Origin: an uncultured virus (IMG/VR IMGVR_UViG_3300029955_000004)
Taxonomy: Duplodnaviria > Heunggongvirae > Uroviricota > Caudoviricetes
IMG/VR virus record: IMGVR_UViG_3300029955_000004
Location: 1-64,000 of that record
DNA length: 64,000 nt
Direction: 5' to 3' (one strand)
Shown: piece after piece, positions 58,704 to 64,000 of the stretch
Numbering within the stretch: the stretch's first letter is position 1
How the letters are laid out: each line of letters begins with the position of its first letter
Notes under the pieces: model-generated
The model's database searches: none
What the model saw: the letters and a program-made list of their open reading frames with translations, nothing else
What the model was told of the DNA's origin: nothing
Program-made: the position numbers and the translations under genes

Positions 58704-59528
58704 ATGTCTAAATTTGCTACATATGACAAAAACTCCAACTCGTCATCTGCTGCTGCTGGTTTGACTACAACACAGGTCAGCACACTGACAACGACTCAAC
58801 TCGATTCTTTATCGACATCGCAGATAAATAATCTGACTACCACACAAGTTGTTGCTTTGGAATCTACACAGATTTCTGAGCTTATTTCAACAGATATTCA
58901 GTTATTAACTTCTACTGATATAAGCACTTTAACAACAACTCAGATTGATACTCTTGATACTACGCAGATCAATACATTGACTACAACACAGGTTGGTGAA
59001 TTAATAACAACCAACATTCAGCAGTTACAGACTTCTCAAATTGCTGCCATTGTTGATAATCAGGTTACTGCTATCATTGATGAAGTTCTTGACAATACCA
59101 GTACTATTAATACTATTGTTACTGATCCCAATGATACATCAGTTGCTATTATCAATCATTATCTTGAACTCTATGTTCCTATTGCTAAAGACGCTTTTGA
59201 TCCTACTGGCTCCAAAATGAGAAATGCTGTTACTAATTTATTGTATGCTATGAACGAAGCTCTTCGTGTCAATAATGATATTGTTTATAATGCTATTTTC
59301 AATTTCGTCAATGAACACAAAGATGGTATTATGGCACATGGTAGTTCAATGCGTGGTGTTCAGGGTCTTGGACGAACTGATATCGATCGTATTACTATTT
59401 TCTATGGTTTAATACATCGCATTGCTACTGATGGTAAGAATACTCCTAAGTTTAACGAACAGAATATTAAAAACATTCTTAAGACGGATTATTTTATTCG
59501 GTGGGCTAAGAAGAAAATTAATAAGTAA
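58704..59528 (+). CDS. Hypothetical protein with N-terminal 8-aa L-T-T-T-Q repeats
   Basis: 12 tandem octapeptides followed by a helical C-terminal domain. Confidence 0.8.
   Translation: MSKFATYDKNSNSSSAAAGLTTTQVSTLTTTQLDSLSTSQINNLTTTQVVALESTQISELISTDIQLLTSTDISTLTTTQIDTLDTTQINTLTTTQVGELITTNIQQLQTSQIAAIVDNQVTAIIDEVLDNTSTINTIVTDPNDTSVAIINHYLELYVPIAKDAFDPTGSKMRNAVTNLLYAMNEALRVNNDIVYNAIFNFVNEHKDGIMAHGSSMRGVQGLGRTDIDRITIFYGLIHRIATDGKNTPKFNEQNIKNILKTDYFIRWAKKKINK
58761..59048 (+). repeat. 12 x 24-nt degenerate coding repeat (LTTTQIxx)
   Basis: LTTTQVST LTTTQLDS LSTSQINN LTTTQVVA LESTQISE LISTDIQL LTSTDIST LTTTQIDT LDTTQINT LTTTQVGE LITTNIQQ LQTSQIAA. Confidence 0.85.
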
Positions 59529-59536
59529 TCATAAGG

Positions 59537-59570
59537 TCTACACGGTAGGGCATAAGCCCTACCGTGTAGA
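59537..59570. terminator. Bidirectional hairpin terminator (GGGCATAAGCCC centre)
   Basis: TCTACACGGTAGGGC-ATAA-GCCCTACCGTGTAGA between convergent genes. Confidence 0.8.
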
Positions 59571-59578
59571 TATTAAAA

Positions 59579-60052
59579 TTATGACATATCTTTTGAATCA
59601 GTTCTTTTTTCAAAATCTTTAATAGTACTTGCCATTTCTGCATTGTTATTTTTTAATTGATCCATAGATGCTGTTAACTCAGAGTCTTTACTAGCATTAT
59701 CAACACCGACACCATCGTGTAATGTAAAGTTTCCAAGTTGCATTTTATTGAGGACCTCCACAACAGCTGCACTGGCACTAGAAGTTGATTCTGAATCCTT
59801 CTGTTTAATTTTGGTACCAACTTTATCTTTAATAGCTTTTTCTTGAGATTCAACAACACCGACATATGTATTAACGAGAGAAATTTGAGCAGTTAATAAC
59901 TCCGAATTTCCATTAGGATTAATTTCTATTTTATCCATAGCTTTGTCTAAAATTTCTAATGCTTTACTTTTCTTTTTTTCACCACTATCATAAATTATAT
60001 CTAACTTAATAAGGTCTTCATCTACTGATCTAGACTTAATTTCTTCGGTCAT
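59579..60052 (-). CDS. Hypothetical helical protein
   Basis: 157 aa, GGGA RBS. Confidence 0.7.
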   Translation of the reverse strand: MTEEIKSRSVDEDLIKLDIIYDSGEKKKSKALEILDKAMDKIEINPNGNSELLTAQISLVNTYVGVVESQEKAIKDKVGTKIKQKDSESTSSASAAVVEVLNKMQLGNFTLHDGVGVDNASKDSELTASMDQLKNNNAEMASTIKDFEKRTDSKDMS

Positions 60053-60189
60053 GTACTATCCCCAGTGTAAATTGTTTAAAGTTAAAATTATACTTAATAG
60101 TATAAACTATCAAGGGTGGAACTATATAATATTTTTATATGGATTTTATCTATATATTATTAAAGAGAAGCACAAGGAAGATTAAGAGC

Positions 60190-62709
60190 ATGAGCGACAA
60201 CAAACCGGTACGTTCATATACTGCTAAAAATATTATTACAGCTGGCGGACTTCTCCCTGTTAGGTTAACACCGACTCAGTTTATTACACATCTTAATACA
60301 AAAGGACAATTGCATCTTATTGGTGAACTAACATCTAATGCATTCGATGAGCATTTCTTGAAGTTTATCGATCATGGCGAACGCCCGCCTCTTACTATTG
60401 TTCTTATTAAAGATATTAAGAATGAAACATATCAGATGATTATTAAAGACAATGGTCGTGGTATTCCTATCGAATCTTTGTTTGATAGTATTTGTGTTCT
60501 TCATACGTCTGGCAAATTCGATATCGAAGGTAATGCTACAACATATGCTTCTACTGGTGGTCAGTTCGGTATTGGTGCTAAAGCTGCTACTGGCGCTAGT
60601 AAAGATTTTAAAGGTATTACCATGACAGAAGATGGATATGCTTCTGTCTATGCACATCAAGGTAATCCTGATCAAATCATTATAGATAAATCTGTAAAGC
60701 CAAAAGAAAGTGGTTATTGTACTATCTTTGAATTTGATAAATTAATTTTAAGTGAAATTAATACTTTTAGTTCTACTGGTTATTTAGAACTGTTATTTAA
60801 GTTGAGAGCACTGGGATACTTTAAAACAAATAACATTATCTTTAAGAGTATTATTAATTCCGTCCCTAATAATTTCTGGAAAAAAGGTCCTGTCGAATCT
60901 ATGGCATATATTGATTCTATTATTAATAAAGCCACTACTGAATATTCATCACTCGATGACACAGATACCATTAGTTATTTAAGATCATATTTAAATATTA
61001 ATCGTCCTTTTGTTTGGGAACTAAAGTTAGATGCTAAGGATGGCGATTCTTATATGTTTAATATTGAAATGTATTATACTAAAATGAATGATAAAAGTAA
61101 GTTCTTATCATTTGTAAATAATATTCAAATCGATGATAATGAAAGCACACACAATTCTACTATAGAAAAAGTATTAAAGAAAATTATGGGACCGATGATA
61201 CTGGATGAAGCTATTAAGAAATTCTTTATGTCTAATATGTATACCATACCACTTTATTATGCTATCAATATGTTTGTTAAGTATGCTAAACTTGCCGGTA
61301 GTACTAAGCATGGTTACTATGATGATAACTTTGAAAAAGTATATACCAAAGTACTTCATGAACTATTTCAACAAAATATAGAAAAGGTTAATACATTATT
61401 CTCACTTATTAAAGACGATGTTGAACGCCTGTACAATATTAGTATTCTTGGTAAAACAGAACGTCCTAGAACATCTGCTCGATTTTATGAGAATCTAAAT
61501 TTTCCTAATAAGTTTGTGAACTGTATGGAACCAGGTCATCCTGATTCTGAATTAATTTTGGTTGAGGGCGATTCTGCTAAAAATGTCGAAGGTCGTAATA
61601 GTAAATACCAAGCTATTTATGCATTACGTGGCGTTCCTATGAATGCTTTAAAATTAATGCGAAATCAACCTGGCGATCCTAGTGCTTTTAGAAGTCCTGA
61701 GATTCTTAAGAAACTAAAAGCAAATGATATCTTTTATGACATTATGACTATTTTAAATATTGATCTTCATAACTTCGATGTTACAAAACTTAATTTTCGT
61801 AAAATTATTATTGCAACAGATGCTGATGAACATGGCTACCATATCGCTTCTTTGTTAATTGGTAACCTATATGCAATGTGTCCTAAACTCATTGAGACTG
61901 GTATGGTTCATGTGGCTATGCCTCCTCTTTATGGTTTGAAATATAAAGGTGATAAGTCTACTAAAGATAAAATTATTTATTTGCGAGACAGTGATGCTGT
62001 TACAGAATGGATGGCTAATGTTATTTATAGAGAAGCTCTTTCAATTTCATATGATTTCAAGGGAAAACGATATACATTTACTGATGTTGATTATATTGGA
62101 TCTATTAAGAAGATTATGGATATTGGAAACATGATGCAGAATATTTCTAATGAACTCAATATTGATCTACAGATCCTTGAAATGTTAACGCATGTTACAA
62201 AATATTTAGAATATGGTTGTGTCGATGTGAATAAAATTAAAGAAATATTATCAATCGATAATACGATGGAATCTATCAATATTCATTATCATGAAAAGAC
62301 ACATAATCTTATTTTTGAAATTGGTAGAGAAGATATCTCTATTCCTCTTTATAATGTCAGAGAACGTTTATATGAATCTATTCTTCCTGTTTTGAATGAA
62401 ATTGGTTGGAAAGAAGGTTTACAGTTTTATGTGACGACAAATCACAATCCTAATTATATCGATTATCCTGTTTCTATTATGCAACTTTATACTATTCTTA
62501 AATCATTTGATAAATATGTTGAATTAGAGAGATATAAAGGTCTTGGTAGTATGAATCCTTCTGACCTTGGTCGTATCTATAGTAATCCGAACAGTCGTCG
62601 TATTTTCCAAATAACATCTGTTGGAAGTATAAATGATATTTACAATATGTTAGGAGGTCAGAGTGATACACGTAAGGACATTTTTAACAAGCCTGAAGCT
62701 CAGTACTGA
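60190..62709 (+). CDS. gyrB: Type IIA DNA topoisomerase subunit B (GyrB/ParE-like)
   Basis: GHKL motifs ELTSNAFDE, DNGRGIP, LHTSGKF and GGQFGIG; TOPRIM motifs VEGDSA, ATDADEHG, PPLY and RYKGLG; start at 60190 after AAGGA, TATATTAT at 60153. Confidence 0.92.
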   Translation: MSDNKPVRSYTAKNIITAGGLLPVRLTPTQFITHLNTKGQLHLIGELTSNAFDEHFLKFIDHGERPPLTIVLIKDIKNETYQMIIKDNGRGIPIESLFDSICVLHTSGKFDIEGNATTYASTGGQFGIGAKAATGASKDFKGITMTEDGYASVYAHQGNPDQIIIDKSVKPKESGYCTIFEFDKLILSEINTFSSTGYLELLFKLRALGYFKTNNIIFKSIINSVPNNFWKKGPVESMAYIDSIINKATTEYSSLDDTDTISYLRSYLNINRPFVWELKLDAKDGDSYMFNIEMYYTKMNDKSKFLSFVNNIQIDDNESTHNSTIEKVLKKIMGPMILDEAIKKFFMSNMYTIPLYYAINMFVKYAKLAGSTKHGYYDDNFEKVYTKVLHELFQQNIEKVNTLFSLIKDDVERLYNISILGKTERPRTSARFYENLNFPNKFVNCMEPGHPDSELILVEGDSAKNVEGRNSKYQAIYALRGVPMNALKLMRNQPGDPSAFRSPEILKKLKANDIFYDIMTILNIDLHNFDVTKLNFRKIIIATDADEHGYHIASLLIGNLYAMCPKLIETGMVHVAMPPLYGLKYKGDKSTKDKIIYLRDSDAVTEWMANVIYREALSISYDFKGKRYTFTDVDYIGSIKKIMDIGNMMQNISNELNIDLQILEMLTHVTKYLEYGCVDVNKIKEILSIDNTMESINIHYHEKTHNLIFEIGREDISIPLYNVRERLYESILPVLNEIGWKEGLQFYVTTNHNPNYIDYPVSIMQLYTILKSFDKYVELERYKGLGSMNPSDLGRIYSNPNSRRIFQITSVGSINDIYNMLGGQSDTRKDIFNKPEAQY

Positions 62710-63673
62710 TAATAATTGTAATATTAATGAACAGGAATGTACAGAAATAATAGATAATGACATTACTGGTATTCTTAATAAACTGAATAATGGAAATTAT
62801 TTAAACATGGAAGCCAATGATAAAGAGATGTTGGATTGTATTCAACATCTCTTTAAAGATGATAAGTTCTTTAAAAAATATGATCTTAAATATGAAGAAT
62901 CACATTTAGAAAATTATGAATTTAATAAGAGTTTAAGATACAATTTACGATTAGAGAAACTTATAACTGAATTATATGTTGGAGAAACGCAACGAACTTC
63001 TTTAAGCCATATTGTTAGAGCTCTAGAGAAAAATAATAGTACTCGTACATCATTAATTAATATGATCTATGTTCTACGAGAAGCTAGTACTGTACTTCAT
63101 CAATATCCCGATATTGTTAATATTCCTAAGATAAGCGAAATCACTAGATTAGATAATGAGAATATTTTAATACGGAATAATTTTAGAAAAAGTAGACCAA
63201 CTGGAAAGATTAATGAAATCATTCATATTAAAAGATCTGATAGGCAATCAACTATTAAAGAAATATTAAATTGTTTGATTTTATTGTTCTATACATCTTC
63301 TAGATTTACTATTGAAGATTTTAGTTTAAATGTGAAAATACGAGCACTTATACTAGAATACATTTCTGTTATAAGAGCAAACAATTATAATAATGTCAAT
63401 ATACATGCACATCGATATATCGTAAGATTGTTAAATCTCATTAATGTTGAATATAAAGATAATGTAGAACAAGATAAAATGAGTTATGAAGATTTTGAAA
63501 AATATATATTTAATACTATTTTAATATCTACAAATATTATATATAAAACATTCTTAGTTTTCATATTTGGACAGTTTTATTTACATACGGATGAAGAAAC
63601 ATTTAGAAAAGATTGGTGTTTGTTAGATCAGTCACTAGTTGATTATAGTACTAGATATATATTACTTAAGTGA
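62663..63673 (+). CDS. Hypothetical protein
   Basis: 336 aa; GTG preceded by AGGAGG inside the gyrB 3' end (start uncertain). Confidence 0.7.
   Translation: MIHVRTFLTSLKLSTDNNCNINEQECTEIIDNDITGILNKLNNGNYLNMEANDKEMLDCIQHLFKDDKFFKKYDLKYEESHLENYEFNKSLRYNLRLEKLITELYVGETQRTSLSHIVRALEKNNSTRTSLINMIYVLREASTVLHQYPDIVNIPKISEITRLDNENILIRNNFRKSRPTGKINEIIHIKRSDRQSTIKEILNCLILLFYTSSRFTIEDFSLNVKIRALILEYISVIRANNYNNVNIHAHRYIVRLLNLINVEYKDNVEQDKMSYEDFEKYIFNTILISTNIIYKTFLVFIFGQFYLHTDEETFRKDWCLLDQSLVDYSTRYILLK
63658..63665 (+). promoter_or_regulatory. Early promoter motif TATATTAC
   Basis: AGATATATATTACT inside the 3' end of the previous gene, upstream of the last ORF. Confidence 0.55.
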
Positions 63674-63736
63674 AACAAGTTTACTTCTTAAGTAAACAAA
63701 CTTAAACTGACAGCAGATTCCGAAGGACCACACCGG

Positions 63737-64000
63737 ATGCGCCTTTTTATCCTGAAAAGAGAAGTGGTTGGTACTAGCCATTATCTCGGTCGCATAGTGC
63801 GACTACTCTTCTACTGCCTCCGTGTTTCTAATGAAGATTATGTCAAGTCTTATTTTAATTATGGTGAATCTCTTGGTTGGCAGAATGATGCTATTATTCA
63901 ACAGAAGAACAATCATGGAAAATGTCTAAAAAACCCGAATGGTCAAATTACCTTTCCGAAGGCTATTTTCACTATTGTTAGCATTTTAAATCTTCGTATC
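63737..64000 (+). CDS. Hypothetical protein, truncated by window end
   Basis: ATG at 63737 with GAAGGA RBS; open frame MRLFILKREVVG... to 64000. Confidence 0.7.
   Translation, partial: MRLFILKREVVGTSHYLGRIVRLLFYCLRVSNEDYVKSYFNYGESLGWQNDAIIQQKNNHGKCLKNPNGQITFPKAIFTIVSILNLRI

Noticed and set aside
53748..62709. Inteins in DNA polymerase, RNAP subunits or GyrB
   Set aside because: No C/S-start...HN-C/S/T splice motifs or LAGLIDADG blocks were seen in the insertions
1..64000. Stop-codon reassignment, suggested by the TTA-like tRNA loop
   Set aside because: Long conserved genes are intact in code 11, and TAA, TAG and TGA all end genes directly before terminators or the next gene

Overview
64 kb of an AT-rich, phiKZ-related (nucleus-forming-type/'Chimalliviridae'-like or EL/OBP/AR9-like) jumbo phage genome, standard genetic code. 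It carries the 3' end of a tail fibre with an S74 chaperone, a GH19 endolysin plus holin-like gene, phiKZ-type virion and internal-head genes, and three subunits of a split multisubunit virion RNA polymerase (gp178-, gp180- and gp80-like). It also has a gp181-like tape measure/tail lysin, a split family-B DNA polymerase (gp82-like), dCTP deaminase, a GroEL-like chaperonin, a GyrB-type topoisomerase subunit, and early-gene islands behind TATATTAC promoters. phiKZ gene-number assignments come from recalled motifs, size and synteny, not from a database search. Six observations stand out. (1) A compact operon pairs a radical SAM/SPASM maturase with a 16-Cys (N/Q)C-repeat protein that has a virion-adhesin-like N-terminus, a candidate phage RiPP-like protein-modification system. 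(2) An unannotated -1 frameshift (T TTT TTT) joins a 553-aa Zn-ribbon protein to the next ORF, resembling tail-chaperone G/GT. (3) A 444-nt group I intron interrupts the RNAP beta gene, and an apparent nucleotidyltransferase domain is inserted in the same protein. (4) A tRNA-like gene with a 6-nt anticodon loop starts right at an early promoter. (5) An ORF-less, ~290-nt structured early transcript is predicted at 9.7-10.0 kb. (6) A family of perfect intergenic palindromes shares a CATATG centre.
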